DNA from: Oculatellaceae cyanobacterium bins.114
GTDB lineage: Bacteria > Cyanobacteriota > Cyanobacteriia > Elainellales > Elainellaceae
Assembly (NCBI GenBank): GCA_033764315.1
Contig: JANRJA010000170.1
Coordinates: 1 to 64,000 of the forward strand
Length of the DNA: 64,000 bases
Direction: 5' to 3'
In this document: positions 30,323 through 41,262 of the stretch, one piece after another
Layout: each line of letters opens with the position of its first letter
How positions within the stretch are numbered: the first letter of the stretch is position 1
Notes under the pieces: generated by a model
Told to the model about the DNA's origin: nothing
What the model saw: only the letters and a program-made list of their open reading frames with translations
The model's database searches: none
Program-made: the position numbers and the translations under genes

Positions 30323-31096
30323 ATGTATACCCCGATCGCCAGTGAACTCAAGAGTGAAAGCTTACAGTTGTTGCGGGAATATCAAAAAACTCCCTCCGCT
30401 GAAATTCGCAATCAGTTAGTCCAACTCAATTTTGGTCTGGTTCGGAAAGAGGCTCATCATTGGGTTAATCAATGTACTGAGAGCTACGAAGATTTATTGC
30501 AAGTGGGTAGCTTGGGTTTAATTCGCGCGATCGAACGGTTTGATATGTCAAAAGGACATGCCTTTAGTTCCTTTGCAATTCCCTATATTCGAGGCGAAAT
30601 TCAACATTATTTACGCGATAAAGGGGCTCCTGTTCGGATTCCTCGCCGTTGGCAAGCGTTACGCCATCAAGCAACTGGTGTGATTCGAGAGCTACAAGTC
30701 GAGTTAAACCGCCCACCCAATGATGCCGAGATTGCGGTTGCCCTCGAAATTTCGTTAGAAGAATGGCAAGAGATTAAATTAGCTTGTCGCAATCGGGCTC
30801 CCCTCAGCTTAGATGCGCCGATGCGTGATGAAGAAGAAGGCTCGACTTCTCTAGGAGATTTGCTGCCCGATACACAATATCGCAGTTTTCAGCTGGCTCA
30901 GGAAGACCAAATTCGCTTACAGCAAGCGTTAGTGCAACTAGAGCAACGCACCCGCGATGTCTTAGAGTTTGTCTTTTTGCATGACTTGACTCAAAAAGAA
31001 ACCGCCGAGCGTTTGGGCATTAGTGCTGTTACTGTTTCGCGCCGAGTCAAGAAAGGCTTAAAGCTTTTGAAAAAGTCTATGATTGGTGTCTCATAG
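30323..31096 (+). CDS. sigF: Group 3 RNA polymerase sigma factor SigF
   Basis: RNQLVQLNFGLV, FSSFAIPYIRGEIQHYLRD, region 4 HTH. Confidence 0.9.
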   Translation: MYTPIASELKSESLQLLREYQKTPSAEIRNQLVQLNFGLVRKEAHHWVNQCTESYEDLLQVGSLGLIRAIERFDMSKGHAFSSFAIPYIRGEIQHYLRDKGAPVRIPRRWQALRHQATGVIRELQVELNRPPNDAEIAVALEISLEEWQEIKLACRNRAPLSLDAPMRDEEEGSTSLGDLLPDTQYRSFQLAQEDQIRLQQALVQLEQRTRDVLEFVFLHDLTQKETAERLGISAVTVSRRVKKGLKLLKKSMIGVS

Positions 31097-31363
31097 CCCT
31101 CAATACTCTTGAGTGAAGACTTGAGTGAAGAGCATCCCGCTTTGATCAATCATTGACAGTTCTATCAATCATTGACCCTCTTATCAATCATTGAAGGGAA
31201 TGGCAAGCGTAAGGTCCCCGAATTCTTTAAGAAATCGGGGACTTTGGTCGTCAAGCTCTAGCCACTAATTAATCTGCCACACCAGAGGTCAAACATCATT
31301 TATCCAGGTAAGCACTGAACAGATGGTAATTTTCTAAGATAGAGGTAGTTTTTATTCGCCACA

Positions 31364-33262
31364 ATGTCAGACTCTCCTTCACTGCGCGATCGCTACTTAG
31401 AACTGATTGACCAGATTGTGCAAATGACGCTCAAGGGTCAAATTCGTTCTAAAGAACAGGTTTTTCAAATGCTGTCCGATAGTGTTGCTGTCGGCACAGG
31501 GGAAATCTTTGAGCGATGTTTGGGCGATCGCCTGGAAACCTTTCAGCAACAGAGTAACACTCAAGATGAGTTGAAACAGGCAAAAGCTGCTCGAAGCCTG
31601 CGAGCCCTACAAACTATTCGAGGCGAGTGGGAGCGGTGGCAACAACAAAATCAGGCGAGTGCCATTCTATTAACTGCCGTCAAAGAGGTGCTGGGGTCGG
31701 GGACGGGGGATGATGCTGCTGGGCGTCTTCAGGCATTGTTGCGGGTCTTAGACCCCAATCGTCCTCATCCTCTAACCTTGCCTCAATGTCAACAACTCGC
31801 GAAATTGCTGCCTCAACAGGTTCTACAACTGGCGATCGCGACTCCAGAGTTGCAGGTTGAGATTCAAGATATTGCTCAGGGAATAACCCAGGGCTTAGAC
31901 AACTGGCATCGATTAGAAAATCATCTAGTCAGTTGGATTTATGAACAAGGGCAGGGACAACTGGGGTTTGGCGGAGTTCCGGGCGATCGCGGTCCTTGGG
32001 CACTGTGGGCAAAACAGGTGAATAGCCCCCTCCTAAAAGCCTTCTTTCAACAGTTAGCCCTGGAGCAGTCGGTTACTGACTGGATTGGCCATACACCTGA
32101 CTTTGGCGTTGCTTCGTTGGTTGAGTGGGTGGTGGTGTTGCGCTGTTTGCAGCAAGGGTTAGTGACTTGGTTTGACAAGCTGGTGTATGACTCAAAAGTG
32201 GGAGCAAAGCTTTCCATTTCAACCTTTTTGGGTTTTGCGGTGATTTGGTCACAGTTGGGGCATGGGCTGACCCGCTCCACTCACTTAAATTCGGTCAATC
32301 GCAGTCGTTTGGCAGATGGATGCCTGCAAGTGACGTTGCAGATTTTGCGGACGTTTGCCCAGCGGGATTATTTTCCTCTGTATGGTGGAATTTTTGCCTC
32401 CTTCTCAGGGCAATTTCTCCGAGATGCACTCAATTATCTGGATGAACCTCTAAAGCGAGCTGAGGGGACTCAAGAAAAAGCCCGGATTCTAACTTTGTTG
32501 GGCTACTCACAACGGGCACAAGGACGAACTGAACAGGCGATCGCCTTTCATCAACAAGCCCTGATCATTGCCAGAGAAGCAGGCGATTCTGTCTGTGAGA
32601 TTGCCAGCCTCAATCACCTCAGTCGTACCTACGTAGCACAATCAAACTACAGTGAGGCGATTAACTACAGCCAGAGAGCTTTGATTTTGAGCCGTCAGAC
32701 AGGCGATCGCCCCGGTGAAGCCAATGCTCTAGCCAATTTGGGGTATAGCGAAGTCTTTCAAGCGCAGCAGCTAGAGGCAGAGCCAGAGATTTACGAAATG
32801 GCCGTGAGCTATCTGCAACAGGGATTGCAGTTGTCAGAACGGTTGGGCGATCGCCAGAGCCAAGCCCTTTGTCTCAGCAGTTTGGGCATTGCCTATGTGG
32901 TTTTAGAGCAATTAACCGAGGCGATCGCTGGTTTAGAAAAAGGGGTTCAAGCGGCTCAGTTTTCAGGTGATTTGTACCTCCAGGGCATCAGTCTGGCATA
33001 CTTAGCCGAAGCCCATTATCGGCTGCAACACCATCCTCAGGCGATCGCTTTTGGCTGTATCGGCATGTACTTACTAGAACAAATCATGTCTACCAGTTGG
33101 CGACAACCTGCCGGATTACTCACCGTGTTGCGAGGTCAATTGGGAGATGAAGCGTTTCGCACGCTTTTAGGACAACAGCGATCGCAAATCATCACGGTGA
33201 TTGGGGTCGATGGGTATGATTATTTGCCGGAGTTGCTAAAGCGATATCAACAGGAGGGATGA
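31364..33262 (+). CDS. Tetratricopeptide-repeat protein
   Basis: Multiple TPR motifs in the C-terminal half. Confidence 0.85.
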   Translation: MSDSPSLRDRYLELIDQIVQMTLKGQIRSKEQVFQMLSDSVAVGTGEIFERCLGDRLETFQQQSNTQDELKQAKAARSLRALQTIRGEWERWQQQNQASAILLTAVKEVLGSGTGDDAAGRLQALLRVLDPNRPHPLTLPQCQQLAKLLPQQVLQLAIATPELQVEIQDIAQGITQGLDNWHRLENHLVSWIYEQGQGQLGFGGVPGDRGPWALWAKQVNSPLLKAFFQQLALEQSVTDWIGHTPDFGVASLVEWVVVLRCLQQGLVTWFDKLVYDSKVGAKLSISTFLGFAVIWSQLGHGLTRSTHLNSVNRSRLADGCLQVTLQILRTFAQRDYFPLYGGIFASFSGQFLRDALNYLDEPLKRAEGTQEKARILTLLGYSQRAQGRTEQAIAFHQQALIIAREAGDSVCEIASLNHLSRTYVAQSNYSEAINYSQRALILSRQTGDRPGEANALANLGYSEVFQAQQLEAEPEIYEMAVSYLQQGLQLSERLGDRQSQALCLSSLGIAYVVLEQLTEAIAGLEKGVQAAQFSGDLYLQGISLAYLAEAHYRLQHHPQAIAFGCIGMYLLEQIMSTSWRQPAGLLTVLRGQLGDEAFRTLLGQQRSQIITVIGVDGYDYLPELLKRYQQEG

Positions 33263-33441
33263 GGAGGAGAGAAATATAAAGGCTGAAGAATAATAAAAAG
33301 AAAAAATAAAGGGTGAGAAGAGACGCGATTAATCGCGTCTGTACGGCAAGGTGGCAATATCTAATGAAGGCAGAAAGCTGAGGGGAATAGGTATCGCCCT
33401 AGAGCGGCGAATCCGGCAAATTGAGCCAGATGAGAATTGAA

Positions 33442-34257
33442 TTAATTCCTACTGTTGGGTAGAGCTGTCATGCAGCCATAGTCTGAAAGGGCTTGAGTGA
33501 CCTGCGGGATGAGGGATTCCGGTAATTCAGCAGGCACCGTAGGAGGCGACGTGGCGGCAACCGTGCGAATAGTGCCCTGATTATCTATCACACTCATGAA
33601 CAATACTGGGTATGGTTCACTACCCACGGCATATCGTGCCAATGCTGTAGCCGATCCGACAGAACGAATTTGGTTGCTCCGCAGTTGCCCACCTTGCACA
33701 GTGGCGATCGAAACCGACAGGATTTGCTCACTAATCACATCCGTGCCGTACTCCCCTGTGACCTCATTCAAAATCTGGAGGCTCCATTCAGGCTTAAACT
33801 CCAGGACACACACTTGGTCTGGCGTGTTGGCAGGGAAAATCGTTAAGGAATAGGGGTAGGCTTCATCATTGTGCCACGACCCGACGAAGGTAGAGACATC
33901 GGGGTTGACAGCGGCCCACACGGCTCGATAATCCTGAAGTGCTTCTGAAAAGGGTGGAGGAGCCGGTACTTTATCAAGTCCAGCCAACCCAAACCAGGTA
34001 TCAATACCTAAAGTTAATTGGGTCTGTAGGGTTTCGACCTCAGCCTCAGACAATGGAGGCAAGAGAGAAGCGGTGCTGATTGGCAAAGAAGGCTCCTCCA
34101 CTACTGGTTCTGTTCCCACAGTTGGGGTTGAGGAATTTTCAGCGGGACTGGGTTGACACACGAAAAGCCCAATAGCCAGTAAGCTGAGGCTAGCCGAAAC
34201 TCGCAATATGTTGACTTTCATAAGAGACAGAGAAGGCAAAGGGCAGACCGTGAACAA
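33442..34257 (-). CDS. Secreted hypothetical protein (probable start ~34221)
   Basis: Signal-peptide-like N-terminus. Confidence 0.65.
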   Translation of the reverse strand: MFTVCPLPSLSLMKVNILRVSASLSLLAIGLFVCQPSPAENSSTPTVGTEPVVEEPSLPISTASLLPPLSEAEVETLQTQLTLGIDTWFGLAGLDKVPAPPPFSEALQDYRAVWAAVNPDVSTFVGSWHNDEAYPYSLTIFPANTPDQVCVLEFKPEWSLQILNEVTGEYGTDVISEQILSVSIATVQGGQLRSNQIRSVGSATALARYAVGSEPYPVLFMSVIDNQGTIRTVAATSPPTVPAELPESLIPQVTQALSDYGCMTALPNSRN

Positions 34258-34506
34258 TAATCACTGTTTCTATTTAAGACACTACGAAGGATGCTTTCGA
34301 GTTTTCGTACAGCCTGGATAATAAATCTCCTCTCAAAGGGGCGATCGCAGAACCCATCAATCGCAGAATCCATGAAGAGATAACTAACACCCTCCCTCAT
34401 TTCCTCCCTCTCTCTCCTTCTCATGACGCTCTGGGAAGTGGCACAGATGCACATCTTTCTAAAATTGGCAACGATAGGATATGAAGTAACAAAAGTTATA
34501 TAAGAG

Positions 34507-34923
34507 ATGGAGAGTATGAACGCTCGTCGTTGGACTGTTATTCCCGCTGCACTGACTATCGCATTGGCGATCGCTACCTCTGCCCATGCTGATACCGTGC
34601 GAACCCCTCTCCAGTCTGCGGTGGTCGTCACTGGAAGTTCTGGTGGTTCTCAATCTAGTGCTTGTGGATTTATCTCAGGTACACCCAGCCAGGTTGTGGT
34701 TGTTGACCAACCCACTCCACTGCGTTTTGTGGTTGAAAGTCAGGGACAACCCACTCTGTTGATCACTGGTTCAGGTCAAAACCGCTGTGCTATGGCAGAT
34801 GCTTATTCTGGTGGTACGGTGCAGATTCCTGGTGTGTTAAATCCAGGCACCTATTCGGTGTTTGTAGGCGATCGCGACCAGGGTAGTCATTCTTATACCT
34901 TACGCATCACTCAAGGCAACTAA
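34507..34923 (+). CDS. Secreted hypothetical protein
   Basis: Signal peptide ending AHA; beta-rich domain. Confidence 0.7.
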   Translation: MESMNARRWTVIPAALTIALAIATSAHADTVRTPLQSAVVVTGSSGGSQSSACGFISGTPSQVVVVDQPTPLRFVVESQGQPTLLITGSGQNRCAMADAYSGGTVQIPGVLNPGTYSVFVGDRDQGSHSYTLRITQGN

Positions 34924-34944
34924 TCTCTCCCTGATCGGGGGCAG

Positions 34945-35325
34945 CTAGTCTTCAATTTGCCGAGCAGGTACTTCTACCGCCTCAATGTCTACCGTCCCCG
35001 GTGGAGTAAGGCGGTGGATTTCCCCTTTTTCCACTTTAAGCGGTTCACTGCAATTGGGGCATCGCAGTTGAGTGCCATTAATCCCTGCTAACTCATAGTG
35101 GCAAACGGGACAGGCTTGCTCAACCAGATTGCGTTTGAGCCACCAACGAAAGCCCAAAAAACCGATGATGGGCGCGATGATGATGAAGCCAATTACGATA
35201 AAAAAAGATTTAACCAACCAGCCCAGACCAATGGAACCCAGGAGCCACGCGATCGCCAATAGAGTGATCCAAAAACTTAACCCTGACAGGTTCAATTGCC
35301 AGCTTCTGTAACTGTTTTGATTCAT
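34945..35325 (-). CDS. Membrane protein with a zinc ribbon
   Basis: Two TM helices; CPVC...CPNC. Confidence 0.75.
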   Translation of the reverse strand: MNQNSYRSWQLNLSGLSFWITLLAIAWLLGSIGLGWLVKSFFIVIGFIIIAPIIGFLGFRWWLKRNLVEQACPVCHYELAGINGTQLRCPNCSEPLKVEKGEIHRLTPPGTVDIEAVEVPARQIED

Positions 35326-35438
35326 AGCAATCTCCTACAAGGCTTCAGGAATTGAATTTAAAAAAATGCTCCATTATTGGGATCATACCAACTACAGCGG
35401 CTCCTGTGCCTATCTGCCCTGAAGACGAACAATTTTTA

Positions 35439-36617
35439 TCAACTGAAGAGCTGCTCTAACCGTTTGACAAACGCATCTCGACCAAAGTGTGAAATAGCTT
35501 GTTGACGCAGCCAAGAGCCATCAGTGCGGCGAGATAGGGCACCTTCTTGATGAGCAGTTGCTGCAGCAGTGCTTAATTCCTGCAAAATTTCGATGCAGGC
35601 TTGAGCCACAGCATCAGGGTCACGATGAGGTACTCGCCACCCCAATTGACCATCCTGAAGCGGGTCAGCCGAACCATCGGTATCTCCCGCTAAAACAGGT
35701 TTGCCACATGCCATCGCTTCTAAATAAACAATTCCAAATCCCTCTTGCGACGGCATGACATAGACATCGGCCAGACGATAATGATCTGCTAAATCGTCGG
35801 TCGCCACATAACCAGCAAAGACAACGCGATCGCTTACTTCTAAATCAACGGCTAACTGAGCCAATCGGGGTTGGTCATCCCCCCGACCAATCACCAAATA
35901 TTTCACTTGAGGAAAAACTTGGGCGATCGCAGGCAACGCTCGAATCGTGACATCCACCCCTTTATAAGCGTCTCCTGCCCATAGCCGAGCGACAGTCATC
36001 AACACGGTGGCTTCAGCAAGACCATATTTTTCAACCCAGTGGGTGGGTTTAGTCCCAGGGGTAAACCGATCGCCATCGACAGCACACGGCAAGACCTGAA
36101 ACAAGTGAGAGTCAAGATCGTTAGAGGTACACGCTTGATCGCGGCTAAAGCGGCTAATTGTCCAAATGGTGGTTGCCCGTTGTAAAGCACGAAGACTGGC
36201 TGTTGGCAGCGATGTCCACACTTCTTTGCCATAGGTCAACACCGTGTAGGAAATTCCCAAGGGTTGACACAGCATTTGCACTAGGGGGGCCAGTTTGACG
36301 TGACCACAAAAGACTCGTTGAGGGCGATATTTGAGCAAATAGAACAGCAGGGCGATCGCCAGTCGAATCCGATCTAAACGAGCAGACTTGGTCTTGAAAT
36401 AATGAAACTGAAATGAGGGAGACGACTCAAATGGGTTTTGACAATGAGGCTCGTCTCGCAACAAAAAAATATCAGCCAGAGGTTGATGCTTCAGGGCAGA
36501 ATATCCCTGTAACACGTCTTTGATATAGGATTGGATGCCTCCCTCGCTGCTAAAGATTTCTAGAAAAACAAAGCAATAGCGCGATTGAGTAGGAGAGTGG
36601 GTTGCAGAATGTGACAT
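35439..36617 (-). CDS. Glycosyltransferase family 4
   Basis: EGFGIVYLEAMACGKPV; TAATG coupling to gmd. Confidence 0.9.
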   Translation of the reverse strand: MSHSATHSPTQSRYCFVFLEIFSSEGGIQSYIKDVLQGYSALKHQPLADIFLLRDEPHCQNPFESSPSFQFHYFKTKSARLDRIRLAIALLFYLLKYRPQRVFCGHVKLAPLVQMLCQPLGISYTVLTYGKEVWTSLPTASLRALQRATTIWTISRFSRDQACTSNDLDSHLFQVLPCAVDGDRFTPGTKPTHWVEKYGLAEATVLMTVARLWAGDAYKGVDVTIRALPAIAQVFPQVKYLVIGRGDDQPRLAQLAVDLEVSDRVVFAGYVATDDLADHYRLADVYVMPSQEGFGIVYLEAMACGKPVLAGDTDGSADPLQDGQLGWRVPHRDPDAVAQACIEILQELSTAAATAHQEGALSRRTDGSWLRQQAISHFGRDAFVKRLEQLFS

Positions 36618-37612
36618 TAGGGTTGCTGGGGGACAGCGGGGGTAATGGTTCCTGATTTCAAACGTTCTAAGTCGGTCAACACCATTTCTTCGATCAAACT
36701 GGCAAAGGTCACTTGGGGTTGCCATCCTAAATGACGCTTTGCTTTGGCAGGGTTAGCCACCAGGTGAAAATGTTCATCTGAGCGAATCAGCTTTAAATCG
36801 ACCGTGACATATCGAGTCCAATCTAAATCCAAACAGCCAAATGCGGTTTCAACTAAATCTTGAACACTGTGCAACTGCCCTGTGCCAATCACGTAATCTT
36901 CAGGGGTTTCGGCTTGTAACATGCGCCACATTGCCTCTACATGGTCGTTTGCATGTCCCCAGTCTCGCTTGGCCTGAAGGTTGCCCATCTCTAGGCGATC
37001 GCTCAACCCCAGCTTAATCGAAGCGGCTGCTACCGAAACTTTGCGAGTGACAAAGGCGGGTAAGCGCATGGGCGACTCATGATTATATAAAATGCCACTG
37101 CAAGCAAATAATCCATACCGCTGACGATGATGCACCATCATCCAGTGAGCATGGAGTTTGGCCGCTGCATAGGGATTCATCGGGCGAAACGGGGTATTTT
37201 CATCCTGAGGAGATTGATCCACCTGACCAAACATTTCAGAACTGCTCGCCTCAAACACCCGTGTATTTAGCCCTAACTGATGAATGGCTGCCAATAGCCG
37301 AGTGGCACTGCCAGTAATCAAATCCAAGGTGCCGAGCGGGTCATTCCACGAATCAGGGACAAAGCTAGGAGCCGCTAAATTGTAGATTTCATTGGGGCAA
37401 AACTGCTCAACGAGTTCTAACAGTGCTGTGGCATCCGTCAAAGCAACTGGATAAATTTCAATTTGCTCAATTAGATTACCGAGCTTGACTACATTATTCC
37501 GACGGTGCGGAGCCACCAGGCCAATGACGCGATATCCTTTTTTTAATAAAAATCGGCTCAAATAATATCCGTCTTGTCCTGTAATGCCTGTAATTAAAGC
37601 CGTTTTGATCAT
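36617..37612 (-). CDS. gmd: GDP-mannose 4,6-dehydratase
   Basis: ALITGITGQDG, ASSSEMFG, YAAAK, NHES, RDWG. Confidence 0.9.
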   Translation of the reverse strand: MIKTALITGITGQDGYYLSRFLLKKGYRVIGLVAPHRRNNVVKLGNLIEQIEIYPVALTDATALLELVEQFCPNEIYNLAAPSFVPDSWNDPLGTLDLITGSATRLLAAIHQLGLNTRVFEASSSEMFGQVDQSPQDENTPFRPMNPYAAAKLHAHWMMVHHRQRYGLFACSGILYNHESPMRLPAFVTRKVSVAAASIKLGLSDRLEMGNLQAKRDWGHANDHVEAMWRMLQAETPEDYVIGTGQLHSVQDLVETAFGCLDLDWTRYVTVDLKLIRSDEHFHLVANPAKAKRHLGWQPQVTFASLIEEMVLTDLERLKSGTITPAVPQQP

Positions 37613-37751
37613 GTGTAAGCTCTAAACCCATTACTCTTGAAACTGCCTTACTCAAAAGGAATTGCCCAATGTCACGGCTATGGCGTGTTCGTTGCTGGCA
37701 ACCCTATATCAGATGTTTTACTGAGGGAATGGTAGAAGCTCCGAGAAGAGT

Positions 37752-38909
37752 TTATGTTTTTTGGAAAAACTTTTCTAAATGGTTTGCGAGTCGTTGCTTA
37801 AAGCGATCGCGCCCATAGGCGTCAATCATTTTTTGACGCAACGCTTCGGGTTGATACATCAACGGATTGGGATACTGTTTCTGCAAAATCTGAGTGATGG
37901 TTTGGGCTATTGCGTTGACATCATCCGGATCAACCAATGCACCCAGTTCACCCTGACACAAGGCATCAATTGCCCCATCTTGATTACCACCTAAAACGGG
38001 TTTGCCACACGCCATCGCTTCCAGATAAACAATCCCAAACCCCTCCAGTTTGCTGGGCATGGCAAAGATATCGCAGAGATTGTAGTAATCACACAGCTCT
38101 TCATCGGGCACAAACCCTGCCAGCGTAACGCAATTTTGTAGCTGTTGAGTTGCTATGGCGTGCTCCAAACGGGGGCGATCGTCTCCTTTGCCGACAATAA
38201 GAAACCTTACATCGGGCAACGTTTGACGAATCAGGGGCATGGCCTCTAAAACTTTGTCGTAGCCACGATAGGTTTCACTGGCAGAGAGCCGATTAACGGT
38301 CAAAATAACGGGCTGATCCGCTTTGAGGTGATAGCGTTCGAGCAAATGAACAGGTTTAGGTTTAATGGCAAAGCGGCTCGTATCAAAGGTATTGGGTTGT
38401 AGCGTCACCTTTGCTGGGTCGAGGTGCTGTTCTTTGAGCAGGCGATCGCGGGTGTAGTGGCTGACTGATAAAATCTGATCCGCTGCATGCAGGGCAGCTT
38501 GCATCGAGGGCTTTTGGATATTCCAGGCTTCAACCCCGTGGGCGATCGCCCAATAGGGAATCCCCGTCAACCGCTTCAGCCAATGTGCCGCAGGCAGGTA
38601 ATTCAAATGAGTGGTAATCACCAGGTCTGGACGTTGCACAACGCCACTGGCGACAAGTTGTGCCGCAAACAGAGGGGTTCGCACAGAGGCAGGATACTGT
38701 CCCGCAAAATGCAATGTTGTATGGGGCGCAAAAGAGCGATCGTGGGGATACTGAGTATCGTTTTTTAGAAAAACGTCGTAGCGCAGATCTGGATACAACG
38801 CCTGCATTGTCTCTAACAAAAAGCCGGAGTAAACCTGGATTCCACCCTTAAACTCAAATATATCGGGAACCCAGAGATGAATTCGGGTGGAGTCGATGGC
38901 GGCTGGCAT
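37752..38909 (-). CDS. Glycosyltransferase family 4
   Basis: GGIQVY, EGFGIVYLEAMACGKPV. Confidence 0.9.
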   Translation of the reverse strand: MPAAIDSTRIHLWVPDIFEFKGGIQVYSGFLLETMQALYPDLRYDVFLKNDTQYPHDRSFAPHTTLHFAGQYPASVRTPLFAAQLVASGVVQRPDLVITTHLNYLPAAHWLKRLTGIPYWAIAHGVEAWNIQKPSMQAALHAADQILSVSHYTRDRLLKEQHLDPAKVTLQPNTFDTSRFAIKPKPVHLLERYHLKADQPVILTVNRLSASETYRGYDKVLEAMPLIRQTLPDVRFLIVGKGDDRPRLEHAIATQQLQNCVTLAGFVPDEELCDYYNLCDIFAMPSKLEGFGIVYLEAMACGKPVLGGNQDGAIDALCQGELGALVDPDDVNAIAQTITQILQKQYPNPLMYQPEALRQKMIDAYGRDRFKQRLANHLEKFFQKT

Positions 38910-39064
38910 AAGTAATATTCAAAAAGGCTGGAGCAGAGTTAAATTGGTGTTGCAAAACAGCTTCTCAAAGAGAGAAATCGCAACTGATTGACCAATATTG
39001 CCCCAAACCAGACAGATTGGAACTTGCGTCAGCTTAACTCAATATTTTTGAGGTGTCGAGGTGT

Positions 39065-39517
39065 CTAAGAGGGCACCTGTGACTGGAACGGTTGTTTAAC
39101 CCGATGTTTCACAATTAGCAGACAATTACGACCATCGGCACTGCGATCATAAACCACCTGATCGGCTAATCGCCTCAACAAAAACCAGCCATATCCACCT
39201 TTACGCAACGTCCCTGGCTGTGGCTCTTCGATCAAATCAGGGTTAAACGGTTGTCCCTGATCCCATATGCGAATTTCAATCCGCTCTTCCCAGAGGGATA
39301 AGTCAATGTCAATAGTTGTTTCTGAAGGTAGCTCGTGGTGAGCATGACGCACAGCATTGGTAAACCCTTCTGCCAATGCGAGGTTAAGAGGATAAAGTTG
39401 ACTCTGTAACCAGAGGAGTTGGGAACTATTTTGTAAACAAAACAGCTTAAACCACTCCTGTACCTGATTGAGGACAGTTAAGTCACTCCTAACAGTTAAG
39501 TAGGCTCGCTGTAACAT
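39065..39517 (-). CDS. Anti-sigma factor / HATPase-domain protein
   Basis: LAEGFTNAVRHAH, IWDQG, GGYGWFL. Confidence 0.85.
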   Translation of the reverse strand: MLQRAYLTVRSDLTVLNQVQEWFKLFCLQNSSQLLWLQSQLYPLNLALAEGFTNAVRHAHHELPSETTIDIDLSLWEERIEIRIWDQGQPFNPDLIEEPQPGTLRKGGYGWFLLRRLADQVVYDRSADGRNCLLIVKHRVKQPFQSQVPS

Positions 39518-39735
39518 ACACGTCGCCAGGAATTGACCCAACTGAAGGTACGCAAGATTACCCGAAATACACGAGATAGACATGACCCTGTCTGACTCAG
39601 CATACCCATCAATCGTAACTAGTAGTTGCACCAACACCTTAAAAATTCATGATTAAAAACTAACACCCGTGTTGATATTCCAATGATGCACCGGCATACC
39701 TGGAAAACCAACACGGGCGTCAGAAAAAACCACAT

Positions 39736-40218
39736 TTAGAACAAGCCAAGTGTCAAAGACTTGTCAATCGGAAAGGTTGCACCGATTCCAAGCCATAGGG
39801 TTGCTGCGGTGCCGATCAAAAAGACGGTCGTAGCGACTGGACGGCGGAAAGGGTTTTGGAACTTGTTAACGTTCTCGATGAAGGGAACCAACATCAAACC
39901 CAGAGGAATAGCCGTTTGAAGAGCAATTCCCAATAGTTTGTTGGGAACAATGCGAAGAATCTGGAAAGCAGGATATAAATACCACTCTGGCAGAATCTCT
40001 AACGGGGTTGCAAAGGGGTTGGCAGGTTCACCAACCACGGCAGGATCGAGCACTGCAAGCGACACACAGCAGGCGATCGTGCCTAAAATAACGACTGGAA
40101 AGATATAGAGCAAGTCATTAGGCCAAGCGGGTTCACCGTAATAGTTGTGACCCATGCCCTTTTTGAGCTTCTCACGTAAAACTGGATCGCTCAGATCCGG
40201 CTTCTTAATGGTTGCCAT
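39736..40218 (-). CDS. petD: Cytochrome b6f subunit IV
   Basis: [20 protein letters not shown]. Confidence 0.98.
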   Translation of the reverse strand: MATIKKPDLSDPVLREKLKKGMGHNYYGEPAWPNDLLYIFPVVILGTIACCVSLAVLDPAVVGEPANPFATPLEILPEWYLYPAFQILRIVPNKLLGIALQTAIPLGLMLVPFIENVNKFQNPFRRPVATTVFLIGTAATLWLGIGATFPIDKSLTLGLF

Positions 40219-40348
40219 AATATTCGAGTGCTCTCCTTAGCAACAAAAATCGAGGTGGCTTCAGGCTAGTGCTAGGTATTAATTAAAGCTAGTGTAACGG
40301 GAATTAGAGTATCCCGCACCTAACAGGTGGACTAAATCTGGCGATCGC

Positions 40349-41017
40349 TTACAAAGGACCAGAGATACCCTGCTTGCGAATCATCAAGAAGTGCAACAGC
40401 ATGAAGACGGCGATCGCCCAGGGCAACACAAAGGTGTGCAGACTATAAAAGCGAGTCAGAGTAGATTGACCTACACTTTGACCGCCTCGCAGTAGCTCTA
40501 CCATGAAAGAACCGACCACAGGAATCGCTTCGGGTACACCAGAAACGATTTTAACCGCCCAATAGCCAACCTGATCCCAGGGCAGCGAATAGCCAGTTAC
40601 ACCAAATGACACGGTGATGACTGCCAAAATGACACCCGTAACCCAGGTCAACTCACGAGGCTTTTTAAAGCCACCGGTTAAATAAACCCGGAAAACGTGC
40701 AGGATCATCATCAGCACCATCATGCTGGCAGACCAACGGTGGATGGAGCGAATTAACCAGCCAAAATTGACGCTGGTCATCAAGTACTGTACTGATTCAA
40801 AGGCTTCAGTCACAGTGGGTTTGTAATAAAAAGTCATCGCAAACCCAGTGGCAAATTGGATGAGGAAGCAGGTTAGCGTGATCCCACCCAGGCAATAGAA
40901 GATGTTTACGTGAGGGGGAACATACTTGCTGGAGATGTCATCAGCGAGTGCCTGAATCTCCAACCGCTCCTCGAACCACTGGTATGCTTTTGAATCAGTT
41001 ACCTGCTTAGTAAACAT
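40349..41017 (-). CDS. petB: Cytochrome b6
   Basis: [33 protein letters not shown]. Confidence 0.98.
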   Translation of the reverse strand: MFTKQVTDSKAYQWFEERLEIQALADDISSKYVPPHVNIFYCLGGITLTCFLIQFATGFAMTFYYKPTVTEAFESVQYLMTSVNFGWLIRSIHRWSASMMVLMMILHVFRVYLTGGFKKPRELTWVTGVILAVITVSFGVTGYSLPWDQVGYWAVKIVSGVPEAIPVVGSFMVELLRGGQSVGQSTLTRFYSLHTFVLPWAIAVFMLLHFLMIRKQGISGPL

Positions 41018-41262
41018 GAAGCGAGAGTTCCAAAAAAATGTATTGCTGTCAATAAAAAATGTAACATAGCCTTTATCCACATTTCATAATGAAACCCTTT
41101 AATTACCAGGGTGTTTGTGTCGTGTTGGCTCCTAAATATCGGTTGCGATGCTTTACAGCCTTGGTTGAGCTTGAAACTCAGCTCTTGAGGTTGCTGATCA
41201 GATAAACGAGGAAAATGATTGGGAATGGTATTTAGCCTTTGCCAATGTTTAAGATATGTATC

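Noticed and set aside
31145..31194. CRISPR mini-array
   Set aside because: 12-bp repeats and 7-bp spacers are far too short, and no cas genes are present
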